A stretch of DNA of 64,000 nt from Octopus sinensis (lineage: Eukaryota). Both the position numbers and the translations under genes were made by a program. This document shows positions 1 through 11,353 of this stretch, piece after piece. A model generated the notes under the pieces. That model ran no database searches. It worked only from the letters and a program-made list of their open reading frames with translations, and was not told where the DNA came from. The stretch covers positions 55,552,001 to 55,616,000 of the forward strand of contig NC_043010.1 in the NCBI RefSeq assembly GCF_006345805.1, in the 5' to 3' direction. Within the stretch, counting starts at the first letter, position 1. Each line of letters opens with the position of its first letter.

Positions 1-225
1 ACGTAAAGACGGACGAAATACCTATTTCTTTACTACCCACAAGGGGCTAAACTTAGAGAGAACAAACAAGGACAGACAAACGGATCAAGTCGATTATATC
101 GATCCCAGTGCGTAACTGGTACTTAATTTATCGACCCCGAAAGGATGAAAGGCAAAGTCGACCTCGGCGTAATTTGAACTCAGAACGTAACGGTAGAGGA
201 AATACGGCTACGCATTTCGCCCGGC

Positions 226-226
<1 letters not shown>
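1..226 (-). mobile_element. SINE-A copy (tandem unit, cut by window edge, head truncated)
   Basis: Reverse complement contains B-box-like GAGTTCAAATTAC, the GCCTTTCATCCTTTCGGGGTCGATAAATTAAGTACCAG body and the tail GCCCCTTGTGGGTAGTAAAGAAATAG, as in other copies; abuts (AAT)n at 227-260. Confidence 0.85.
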
Positions 227-261
<35 letters not shown>

Positions 262-494
262 AAGTAGCTGTGTATATCTTTTATCCTTCATTAGTTTTGT
301 TTGTTTCTGTCATTCGACTGCAATTAATCCTTGAGCATTTCTTTGAAGTGTTTTTTTACGCCACCGTTTATTGTTCTCTTTGTAAGTCTGTTAGTTCCTG
401 TCTATGTCTCTCTTTAAGAAATTCGAAGCTGCAGAGGCGCAAACAAATCAATTCTCATTGTCAATCGATGTGAAGAACAACCGGAGAGGGAATG

Positions 495-529
<35 letters not shown>

Positions 530-695
530 ACACACACACACACACACGCACGCACACTGACACATATATATGGAAAGACGTTTTCATTTTCCCGGGTTGT
601 CAAACTAATACACCTCTTTGTTGTTCATACCCCTGTCTTCATCTTTTGTTTGTCTATGAATTTCAACTATATGTACTCTCTCTCTCTCTCTCTCT

Positions 696-856
696 CTCTT
701 TTACTCTTCTTTACTTGTTTCAGTCATTTGACTGCGGCCATGCTGGAGCACCGCCTTTAGTCGAGCAAATCGACCCGAGAATTATTCTTTGTAAGCCAGT
801 ACTTATTATATCGGTCTCTTTTGCCGAACCGCTATGTGACGGGGACGTAAACACAT
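696..856 (-). mobile_element. SINE-B 3' half, truncated by assembly gap
   Basis: Reverse complement ends in GGCGGTGCTCCAGCATGGCCGCAGTCAAATGACTGAAACAAGTAAAGAAGAGT, the SINE-B tail. Confidence 0.85.
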
Positions 857-956
857 NNNNNNNNNNNNNNNNNNNNNNNNNNNNNNNNNNNNNNNNNNNN
901 NNNNNNNNNNNNNNNNNNNNNNNNNNNNNNNNNNNNNNNNNNNNNNNNNNNNNNNN
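857..956. other. Assembly gap (100 N)
   Basis: Run of 100 N; the sequences on either side are unrelated (SINE-B vs Helitron helicase). Confidence 1.
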
Positions 957-2050
957 AATTCTTGACAATAAGTCTTACCTCATTGCACAGCTTTGGTGGA
1001 GAAAGGTTGTGTAGATGCATGTTTGGAACGCCTATTTTCAATGGAAGGCAATGGGGAGGAACTTCTGGTAGCTGCAATGTGTTTAAGAACTCAACCGGTT
1101 AATTAACTATTTCCGATCATGCAAAACAGAGTCTATAGATTTGTGGATATATTCGTTTCCTGGGAAAAGCTTCTCGAGTCTTCCATTTAAATTATTTACA
1201 CTAACGTTCTTTGGTGACATGGCTGCTCTTTTGCACGGTCAACCAGCATTTGTGTAATTTGAATTTATACTTGGAAAAATTCTTCAATAAGTTCCTCAAC
1301 CAAGCTGACCAAAGTGCAGATTTTCGATGGATTCAAGTCACCTTCTCCAAGTTGCAAAAGAGTATGGGCAAATTATTCCAACAGATGTTCCCCATGCAAA
1401 TGTGCTCTCACATTTGTAAAAGCTATAACACTTTGATATGTTTCCATAAAATAGATTTCAAACATACTTTATATTCATCCGCCTTTGTTCCCCTGGGAAT
1501 CTCTTGCAAAGTTTGTCTGAGGTCACATGAATGTACTGCTGTCATACCTCATTTCAAACAAATGGAACAGCCCAAATCCTGCAGCATTCTGCTAACAGAC
1601 TCTACTGATTTCTTATGGTACATTGTAGATTAGACACACATGATCAAAGAACCCTTCACGAAGACTTGAGCTAAATAACAACTTTTACTAATACTGCAGG
1701 CAGTTTTATCATTTGAAGCTAGACTTAATGGCTGCTGTTCAACCTCATGTAAGGAAAGTAGCGGCAATTTCAGAGCTTGCCACAGCTAAGACAATTTTCC
1801 TTTTCCTGCCGGAACTTTGGCACTAAATTTGTAACAAAATATTTTCCAGTTTCTGCTGGTGCATCTAAAAAATATAATTCTCCTCTTTTATATGTCACTT
1901 GGTCGATGATTATTGTATATGTAAGTTGGTCTGGCAAAAGTTTCGGAACGTTTTCTTCATGGAATCTTATGAATCAATATCATATGAAGTTTCTCGAAAA
2001 ACTTCTGTGATCAAAATTTTCACCTCATTTCGATGAATAAGACCAAATAA
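957..2050 (-). pseudogene. Helitron RepHel PIF1-family helicase fossil (stops and frameshifts)
   Basis: Manual minus-strand translation gives, in order: FLDAPAETGKYFVTNL (Walker A, cf. DAPGGTGKTF), VLAVASSEIAATFL, STMYHKKSVESVSRMLQDL, DLRQTLQEIPRGTKADEYKVCLKSILWKHI and [47 protein letters not shown]. These are the canonical Helitron/PIF1 motifs. Confidence 0.9.
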
Positions 2051-2104
2051 GATATTTTCTAATACATTTTCTAATCTGTTCTCCTGTCTCTCTTTCTCAC
2101 TTTC

Positions 2105-2149
<45 letters not shown>

Positions 2150-4972
2150 TATCTCTCTCATACACCCACTCACAATGTACATCATACGTTCTCGCTCGAT
2201 ACACATATTTATAATATTTATACATCATTCAGAAGACTGCCAAAATACTGCCTGGATTTACCTGGCATTTTGCTAAAAACCTGTACCTGCATGGAAGTAC
2301 CAACGAACATCATTGTCCTCTGGCAAAGTATGCGCTATAAACATTATTTTCCTGCCTATATTCTTCTAACTACTTTTACATTTATGCGTCTATTTTACTC
2401 CTTTATTCTTCTGTTTTATTCTTTATAAATTGTGAGTTTTATTCTTTGTAAACTGTAAAGGTCATAGACAGTTTGGTTTGGCTTTGAAAGGGAGAGTAAC
2501 TAAGTTGGGATAAAGATCAGAATGGTCAATGGGCCGAGGAGAGCTATTTTTTAAAGGTAGAGCAAACGTTACAAGAGCCGTTTGGTTTCGGTGATACGTA
2601 TCACATGACTGCTGTATTCTGCCGTACTCGAGAGAACATGTAACGTGAAGGAGGTGGCTTCTTTAATGCTACATGCAGAAGATATAAATTCGTTTAGTGA
2701 TCCAACAGAAACGATCTCGAAATGATATAGCTGTGCATATCCTGTTATTCAATAAAGCTGTGGCATACGCAGAAATTACTAGACAGTGTGCAGCTGAGCT
2801 CAAGTTAATTTAAAAACAGCTCCACTTTTTTCGCAGAGCTGCTGCCACCTCTCATGCGTAGACTCATAATTTGTATCTGGCAACAATAACAGTATATGGT
2901 AGACAGTTGATAGACTGTTGCTACTGTTGCACGTCTATACAGTTGATAGACTCTTAATACTTGCATTACACGTCTAGAAAACACCACATAACTTTACTGA
3001 TATAATTTGGTGGTAGAGGAAGCGAAGGGACACCCCGAATACTACACAGGTAATTCAGGAGATAGCAGCCGTGTTTAAGAAAAGATTAAAGCATTCTACG
3101 CCTGTCTTACGGATATTCAATTTAACATTTCCCAGCAGAGTTTAGTTATAGACAAATGTATTCTACGCCTGCTTTAGATATAATCCGTATAGCATTTCCT
3201 ATAAATTGATAAATGCATTACAAATAATATATATATAACATTTACCAGCAACGTTTAGTAACAGATAAAGGCCTTTCTACACATGCTATACAGAAAATGT
3301 GTATATCATCTCTCATAAGCATTGAGTAATAGATACAAGAACATTTATATCTGCTTCATAGAAAATCTCCGTATTATTTCGCAAAAGCATTCAGAAATAG
3401 ATGACCAAAAATGTACTCTACGTCAGTTTTAGCGACGAGAATCTTAATCTTTCTATCGTTTGCCAGCCCACTCCAATCCGAAAACAAAAGAACTGTTTCG
3501 ACGTTCCTTGAAAAGCGCAAAGTGGTTCCCCCTCGTTCTAAACTTTTACGCAGAACTTGCTGACGCATGATGAATGGAAATTCACGTCATAAGACTACGT
3601 GATAATCTAAAAGGATCGAGTGACATTTAAACCGATCAACCTTACACATCATTTCTTCACAATCTGTTGATCCGTTGATGAGCGCACTCCAACATTTGCA
3701 TTACTCTGTATGTATGTATGTGTGTGTGTGAGAGAGAGAGAGCATGTGCGCTCTATCGCGTTTATCTCTCTCTCTCTCTTTCTTTCTCTTTCAGTGTGTG
3801 TGTGTGTGTGTGTGGTGTTTCTATGCGTGCGTGTCTGAATATTTTATGTGTTTATACCGAAGGAATATGACAGGCTGAAATGAAAATAAGGTGAAAAGTC
3901 ATTTTCGATCTTTGTGCAATATATATACTTTATATATTTCTATAAGTATGCGCCTCCAGACATTTCTTCTACACACACACACATCCACTCACTCACACAA
4001 ACACGTATGGGGAGTGTTGTCCTGTTGTGTGTACCTTTGTGCATGAAGGAGTTTATTTTGAGCGAATATAAATAATATCATATCTACACCATACACCATA
4101 TATACATATTATCTATATATATATATATAGATATATATATATATATATATATCTATATCAATATATATAAATATACATGCATATGTTTTGTTATGCATAA
4201 AAGTACATATACGCATATATTACACACACACATATATATATATTTATATACATATATATACATACATGCGTATAGAATCACATACATGTACATTTTTATG
4301 CACACATATAAGTGTGGGCATATATAAATATACCTGCACATACAGTCACCTGCCCACAAACACACACATACGTGGTTTCATATACGCATCCATAAACAAC
4401 TATACCTGAGTTTCTGTATGTATGTGCGTGTGTAAATGTGTGTCTGTGTGGGTGTATTTGTGTTAGTGAATCCGCATTTTGCAGCTTAAAGTACACCGAT
4501 TTCGATATTTCAATCTCTATTAGTTTCCATTGGCCAAATTTACTGAATTCTTTGGCAGTCAAAATTCTTAATCGGAAGAAGTTGCCACACCACTGATTTC
4601 ACACGCTTCGCATTATATATAATTTTATTACATATGTCAGCCAATATTTACAAAGTTAGTTGTTACTGCTGCTGTTGTTGGTGGTGCTGTTATTGTTGTT
4701 GTTGTTGTTGTTAATGTTGTTGTTGTTGTTGTTACTGCTGTTGTTGTTGCTGTTATTTTTGTTGGTGGTGTTGGTGTGACGCTGTGTCGTTGCGGTTTCT
4801 TTTCTTGCAGTTGTTTACCTCCATCTTCAACCTCGCTCAGCCATGATTAACTGTGTTCTAGCCATGACCATCACCAGCGAACTAGAGTTTTTTTTTTTTT
4901 TTGCATTGCAATACTTAAATTCCAGAGATAAATGTAAGGTTATATTTCAGCAGTTAATGTTCTAACTGAACA

Positions 4973-5555
4973 AGGCAGAGAGCTGGCAGAATCGTTAGCA
5001 CGCCGGGCGAAATGCCTACTGGTATTTCGTCAGCCGCTACGTTCTGAGTTCATCTTCTGCCGAGGTCGACTTTGCCTTTCATCCTTTCAGGATCGATTAA
5101 ATAAGTACCAGTTACGCACAGGGGTCGATATAATCGACTTAATCCGTTTGTCTGTCCTTGTTTGTCCTCTGTGTTTAGCCCCTTGTGGGTAGTAAAGAAA
5201 TAGGTATTTCATCTGCCGTTACGTTCTGAGTTCAAATTACGCCGATGTCGATTTTGCCTTTCATCCTTTCGGGGTCGATAAATTAAGTACCAGTTACGTA
5301 CTGAGGTCGATATAATCGACTAGTCCCCTCCCACAAAATTTCAGGCCTTTTGCCTATAGTGGAGAGGACTATTATCGCTATTATTATTGTGAAATTAAGT
5401 ACTAGTTACGCACTGGGGTCGACGTAATCGAATTAATCCTTTTCGATAAATTAAGTGCCACTTACGCACTAGGGTCGATGTAATCGACTTAATCCCTTTG
5501 TCTGTCCTTGTTTGTCCCCTCTATGTTTAGCCCCTTGTGGGCAATAAAGAAATAA
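4973..5555 (+). mobile_element. SINE-A head plus head-to-tail array of internal units
   Basis: Head GAGCTGGCAGAATCGTTAGCACGCCGGGCG (A box), then about 170-180 bp units restarting at GTATTTC. One unit has the alternative tail CCCCTCCCACAAAATTTCAGGCC...(ATT)n; the array ends GTGGGCAATAAAGAAATAA. Confidence 0.85.
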
Positions 5556-6799
5556 CAATGTTAACACGCCAGACTAAATGTTTAGCAGCATTTTGTCTGT
5601 CTTTAGGCGCCGAGGTCAACCCTGCCTTTCATCCTTCGGGATCGATAAAATAAAATACCAGTTGAATAATAGGGTCGATGTAATCGACTTATCCTCTTCC
5701 TGAACTTGCCCTGACTTCTGCCAAAATTTGGAAACTTGACACCAATGTTCCAGTTGAAATCGCATGGGTTGGTGGTTAGCGTGTTGCACTCACGCTGATG
5801 AGATCGCGGTTTCAATTCATAGACCGGGCTTAGCGTTGTGCTCTTCAGCAAAACACTTCTTTTCAGGTCCCTTTGCAATCACTTAGATAATTGACGTGTG
5901 GGGTATACCGTGCACCTCTGATTAGGCTGCGTCGATTTGATGAAGGAAGTGGTGGTTTGGTTGTTGTGTACATATCATATTTATGACCGTAGACATTCCA
6001 ACCATGACTATCTATTTTTGAAATCTTATACAGGTGTCGAACATTTTCCACTGCATCTCTCATCTTTCCAAGATAGTAGGATACAATCTGGGGTTAATTT
6101 ATTTGATATTACTAATATCTCTTTAGGTCGTTTTGGTTACCTCAAAAATATATAAAAACAAAATAAGACCCTCGACAACAGAAAAGTAAATACAATAATC
6201 ACTCGACTATGAAAACCCGCGAAGAAGAAACAGAACTGTACTTAATATTTTATATTATTGTTATAATTTTTATATATTTATTTTATTGTAAATGCAAAAC
6301 AACAGCACAGACGAATTTACGTAATCTTAAATAATAAACCGCAATAGGTAACTCGCGATATGGCGGGATTACTATATACCAAGAAACCTAACAAGCATAA
6401 AATCACAACGATTAAACATTGGGGCCTGTGGTTGTTCGTGTTTGAGCTAAATGTAATATTCGTGTTATTTTGTTTTTGGATTTGGTTTGCAAGATTCTTT
6501 ATATGAGTTCGTGTGTTGAAGCATATTCTATTATGTCTGGGGAGAGAGTCATTTTCGTTTAGTGCCTTGTAATTTAACACACTCACCGTTAAAATTTCCA
6601 CTTATTTCTTATTTTTATTTTCCTAAACTTTTCGTTGCGTCCTCCCCAGAAACAACAGAATTCTCTTGCTATTTAAAATAAATAACTTTTTTTAGTGGGT
6701 TGTATAATATATATATATAAATAAATATCATCAATATATAAATATTTGTTATATGGAATTATAAGATTTTCAGTATAGATTTGTAAATTATATACTTAC

Positions 6800-6843
6800 T
6801 AACTGGCCCCGTGCCGTCAAAAATGACGGCTAATACTTGTAGT
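6800..6843 (+). mobile_element. Candidate Helitron 3' terminus
   Basis: Perfect GC-rich hairpin GCCGTCA-AAAA-TGACGGC (6813-6830) followed 12 nt later by ...CTTGTAG|T; 5' end not located. Confidence 0.45.
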
Positions 6844-7011
6844 ATTTTATATATAAAGAAGGTACAAAATAAGATACAGAATAATCACACATACACTCAT
6901 TCACATACTTCCCTTGTATATGTATATACATACACACATATACTCAGGCGGAGTTGAAATGCTGTTTGATTTTTATTTTCGGCGTTGAACGTTCACCATC
7001 CCATTTCCATT

Positions 7012-7045
<34 letters not shown>

Positions 7046-7343
7046 TCACATACCTCCTTTTACAAACACACACATATACTCACACAGGGTTGAAACTGAT
7101 TTTTTAATATTTTTTCACCCCCTTCTTTCGTTATTCATCTATCGCCCCTTCCTTTCTCATTCATATGTTGTGAAGGAGGAAAACAGAAAACACCCGACGT
7201 GTTCTTTGCCACTTCCTCTCTTTCCTCTCTCAGTCAGGTCTATCACATTCTCGTTTCTCCTATCACTACTTCTCTCCTTCACTCGCCTGTTCCTTCACTT
7301 ACACTACTGTGCGTGATTTTGGACAAATATATATATTATATTA

Positions 7344-7396
<53 letters not shown>

Positions 7397-7574
7397 ATAA
7401 GATCGATATTTAAATACCGATCTTCTGAGTTGCCCAGCAGAGAATAAAAAATCTTCAAAGGTAATAATTATTTAAAATTATAATTTAGGTTATATAAAAG
7501 ATACGTTCGTATATGTAAGTATATCGTAGGTTGTATGTATATATATATTTGTATTTATGTGCTTCTGAGTTTAT

Positions 7575-7628
7575 TCCACTGATGAACGTAGAGCATTTCT
7601 TATGCAAAGCCAGAAATCCGGGATCTGG
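7575..7628 (+). ncRNA. Type I hammerhead ribozyme-like motif (degenerate stem II)
   Basis: CCA-CTGATGA(7579-85)-stem II region with GCAT/ATGC-GAAA(7613-16)-TCCGGGA-TC-TGG. Stem I is CCA/TGG, stem III ATCC/GGAT and the cleavage triplet AUC. Confidence 0.5.
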
Positions 7629-7771
7629 TATTATCCAGTAATTTTTTTTACTAGTTTATTTTGTCTCTTTGTCTTCTCCACTGGTGCTGATGAACATTTA
7701 ATGTGGTTTTAGAGTCAAGTTTTGACTGCTATTTCCAGCGTGGTGGTAGCTCATAGATACCCTAAATTATA

Positions 7772-7822
<51 letters not shown>

Positions 7823-8496
7823 ATACACACACGAATATATAAAAACACTACACTCATTATCATATTAAGAGATTTGTTCAGTGATGCTTGTTAATCATAT
7901 ACTTTTTTAGTAAATATAATGTTGTTTTCATTGTGTTAATAACTGAAATTAGTATGTATTATTATATTAGTTTGCATTACGGTAGCGTTTTCCAGCCTGG
8001 GTAATGGAACCGTCTGGAGTTTGGTAGAAAAAATATCCTAATTGACCGAGATCTGAATTCAAATCTTGTTAAATGGATAAAATTTTGAAATACCTGGAAG
8101 GAGGTTTGAAAATTCATTTAAATAAATAGATCTTAAAGTAGAAAAAACTGTTTCGAAACCACAGTATTATGACATAGTCTAAGTGACTGAACGCTCCACA
8201 TAAATATAGGGTCAGAGGATGGATATTTGTATTATTGTTGCTATACACCGTGAAGGATTATATATTTTCCAGTCAATGATTTTCACTTAAATGCTTTCAA
8301 TGGGATAGATTTTATATTTCATTATAGTCTTTCATTCATTGCAGTCATTAGCTTGCTGATGTATTGAGGGCAACACCGTAAAGAGTTTTATCGATCGAAA
8401 TTTCTTATAGTGGTGCCCTCAATTTTGCTTGCGTGGATCCCACAAAACGTTATATTCTCTAGTACATACTTTAAACTATGATATCTGTCACAAAAA

Positions 8497-8640
8497 GTCG
8501 GCGAGCTGGCAGAAACGTTAGCACGCTGGGCGAAATGCTCGTTGGCGGTATTTCGTCTGCTGTTACGTTCTGAGTTCAAATTCCGCCGAGGTCGACTTTG
8601 CCTTTCATCCTTTCGGGGTCGATTAAATAAGTACTGAGTT
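8497..8640 (+). mobile_element. SINE-A copy, 3'-truncated
   Basis: GGCGAGCTGGCAGAAACGTTAGCACGCTGGGCG head, B-box GAGTTCAAATTCC and body up to TAAGTACT. Confidence 0.85.
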
Positions 8641-9273
8641 CACTTTGTTATTTAGATTTAAACTCATTAGTCCTATGGATTAGTAGCTACATATATGCGT
8701 CCTTACTATGTAGGGGGATGTCTTTTGGGGAAAATTCCATATTAACCTTTTCCACCACGTGGAAAAAATTAAGTACCAGAAAGTACACCCAATGTATGGT
8801 GACATCCCTTTACATAGTAAGGAAGCATATATGTGACTACTAATCCATAGGACTAATGAGTTTAAATCTAAATAACAAAGTGAACTCAGTGATAAAAAAT
8901 CTGCCCATGAGGAAAGATCTACTACCATGTTCTTACTAATGAAATTCACCTCTCTGTCTATATATCTACCCTCTTTGTAATGTTGGCAAATGGAATAAGT
9001 ATAAAAATGAACGTCGTCAATTTAATTCTTTAAAATTCCATATGTGGATGAAGAGTGCTCTACATTTAAAACTGATGTAATACTTACATTGTTTAATTAA
9101 ATGAAGTAGCATGAAACGATTGTACTACACTATCTTTGCATATCCTTGTTGCTTATTTTTGATTACAATCACCCCATTTGATTTATATGGATAATACCAT
9201 ACCAAATTCTGGTGGCTTTAACTTAATTACCATATTCATCTGAATCTTGATTTTTGCTGAACTTATATATATA

Positions 9274-9578
9274 TGGAGACACAATGGCCCAGTGGTTAGG
9301 GCAGCGGACTCGCGGTCGTAGTATCGCGGTTTCGATTCCTAGACCGGGCGTTGTGAGTGTTTGTTGAACCAAAACACCTAAAGCTCCACGATCTACGGTA
9401 GGGGTTGGTGGCAATCCTGCTGTCCTCTTTCGCCACAACTTTCTCTCACTCTTTCTTCTGTTGGCCTGCTCACTTAGCCTGCGGGGTGGCGTCATTTGTA
9501 GCTAAAACAATGCAAAGCGCATTGTGACCAGCGATGTGTAGCAACATCTGATAGCCTGGTTGGTCACGGTGATCACGG

Positions 9579-9579
<1 letters not shown>
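9274..9579 (+). mobile_element. SINE-C with tail type 1
   Basis: tRNA-like head CAATGGCCCAGTGGTTAGGGCAGCGGACTCGCGGTC...GTTTCGATTCC and shared body to CTTTCTCTCACTCTTTCTTC; tail ends GGTCACGGTGATCACGGT + (AT)n. Confidence 0.85.
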
Positions 9580-9627
<48 letters not shown>

Positions 9628-9639
9628 GTATATTGTCAA

Positions 9640-10053
9640 TAATAAAAGGGTAAAATAATTAATTATCAATTATCAATTTTACCAAGTAGTGTTCAGTATT
9701 TACGGTATATTTAAAACATTACGTTATATAATTAGGGTTCAGTAAAATAATTTACTTTACCACACACCGAACTTTTAGAAATAGCAGCCAAAAAATTTTA
9801 GCTATTTCCTCTACTATAAGAAAAGTCTCCCAGACAATGTATACTCAAAAATAATTCACGCAGGTATAGAGGGAAAAATAACGAAAGATCACACGTACAT
9901 CGATTACTTGAGAACGCCGTTTCTGGATTAGTTGGATATAGAGATCAACATTTCCGTCATCAGCCCAAGATTTCTTAAGGTTTGGATATTTCTTTAGTTC
10001 GGTGTGTGGTAAAGTAAATTATTTTACTGAACCCTATTATATCGTAATGTTTT
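9640..10053. mobile_element. Penelope-type inverted-repeat element carrying a hammerhead motif
   Basis: About 60 bp inverted arms (9712-9773 vs 9996-10053, TAAAACATTACG...CACACCGAACT) enclose a hammerhead motif; the left side has an unpaired extension. Confidence 0.6.
9907..9969 (-). ncRNA. Type I hammerhead ribozyme motif (best-formed in window)
   Basis: Minus strand reads CTTGGG-CTGATGA-CGGA...TCCA-GAAAC-GGC-GTT-CTCAAG. Stem I CTTGGG/CTCAAG is 6 bp with one G-U; stem II has GGA/TCC plus GTTG/CAAC; core intact; cleavage triplet GUU. Confidence 0.7.
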
Positions 10054-10060
10054 ATATATA

Positions 10061-10117
<57 letters not shown>

Positions 10118-10124
10118 TGAAATA

Positions 10125-10631
10125 AACATAAGCTACTGGGAAAGGCTCAAGAGATTAAAACTATATTCCTTGGAGCGTAGGCGGGAAAGATATGCCATAA
10201 TATACATCTGGAAGATCCTGGAGGGACGTGTCCTAAACTTTGGCATCGAGAGTTACGCAAATGCCAGAACTGGGCGCCACTGCGTGGGGCCTAGGACTCC
10301 AAACTTGCCATCAAGATGTAGGACAAGATTCTGTGATAGCCTGGGCTTCCGAGGCTCTTCAATATCCTCCCGAAGAACCTGAGAGACCTGCATGGGGTAG
10401 ATGCAGATGTCTTTAAAATGAAACTGGATCTCTTCCTGTCAGGTGTCCCAGATGAACCAACTTCCCGGCAAGAGGTGCAGATGAGGGCAGCTGCATCGAA
10501 CTCTCTCATGCACCAAATAGCAGTTGCTAAAAAGCTTTCGTGAAGTAAAGCCAAGTAGCAACACCAAATGGCGGTGCCCCAGCATGGCCACAGCTCATAA
10601 GCTGAAACTAGAATCAATCAATCAATCAATC
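10125..10631 (+). mobile_element. CR1-like LINE 3' fragment (ORF2 C-terminus, 3' UTR, (AATC)n tail)
   Basis: ISYWERLKRLKLYSLERRRERYAIIYIWKILEG, then after a frameshift FNILPKNLRDLHGVDADVFKMKLDLFLSGVPDEP...AAASNSLMHQ; ends GGCGGTGCCCCAGCATGGCCACAGCTCATAAGCTGAAACTAG(AATC)n. Confidence 0.85.
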
Positions 10632-10689
10632 ATATGCATATATATAAACATATATGTACGTACCTACCTCTACATGTACATATACACAC

Positions 10690-10861
10690 ATATATGAGTA
10701 CAGGACACCAAAGGGACGTCGAACACAAAGAGAAACGAAAACATAGACACAAACCAAAGGAACTGGACATTTTTTTAAAACAACAAAAAATGGAGTACAG
10801 GACAATTAACACAACGAAAAAACCCCTTCTTCAGTCGCTAAGGTTTCATCTACTCTACGTT

Positions 10862-10865
<4 letters not shown>
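10690..10865. repeat. Unclassified interspersed repeat (family E), related copy at about 48385-48600
   Basis: Both copies share GAGTACAGGACA... and CCCCTTC(T/A)TCAGT...ATCTACTC...CGT(T/G)TCGA. Confidence 0.5.
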
Positions 10866-10896
<31 letters not shown>

Positions 10897-10945
10897 AAAT
10901 TCAAAATGCGATAAAATAAAATTAATTATATATATATATATATAT

Positions 10946-11353
10946 AGGCGCGGGAGTGGCTGTGTGGTAAGTAGCTTGTTTACCAACCACATGGTTCTGG
11001 GTTCAGTCCCACTGTGTGGCATCTTGGGCAAGTGTCTTCTGCTATAGCCCCGGGCCGACCAACGCCTTGTGAGTGGATTTGGTAGACGGAAACTGAAAGA
11101 AGCCTGTCGTATATATGTATATATATATATATGGATGTGTGTGTGTGTTTGTGTGTCTGTGTTTGTTCCCCTAGCATTGCTTGACAACCGATGCTGGTGT
11201 GTTTACCTCCCCGTCACTTAGCGGTTCGGCAAAAAGAGACCGATAGAATAAGTACTGGGCTTACAAAAGGAATAAGTCCCGGGGTCGAGTTGCTCGACTA
11301 AAGGCGGTGCTCCAGCATGACCGCAGTCAAATGACTGAAACAAGTAAAAGAGT
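10946..11353 (+). mobile_element. SINE-B full-length
   Basis: AGGCGCGGGAGTGGCTGTGTGG (A box), GGTTCAGTCCC (B box), CTTGGGCAAGTG, central (TA)/(TG) microsatellite and tail ...ATGACTGAAACAAGTAAAAGAGT. Confidence 0.9.

Noticed and set aside
10855-11187. Recurring peptides such as CHAVGLNPEPCGW / MWLVNKLLTTQPL (also 30563, 36799, 40088, 49374, 52130)
   Set aside because: They are translations of SINE-B copies, not a gene family.
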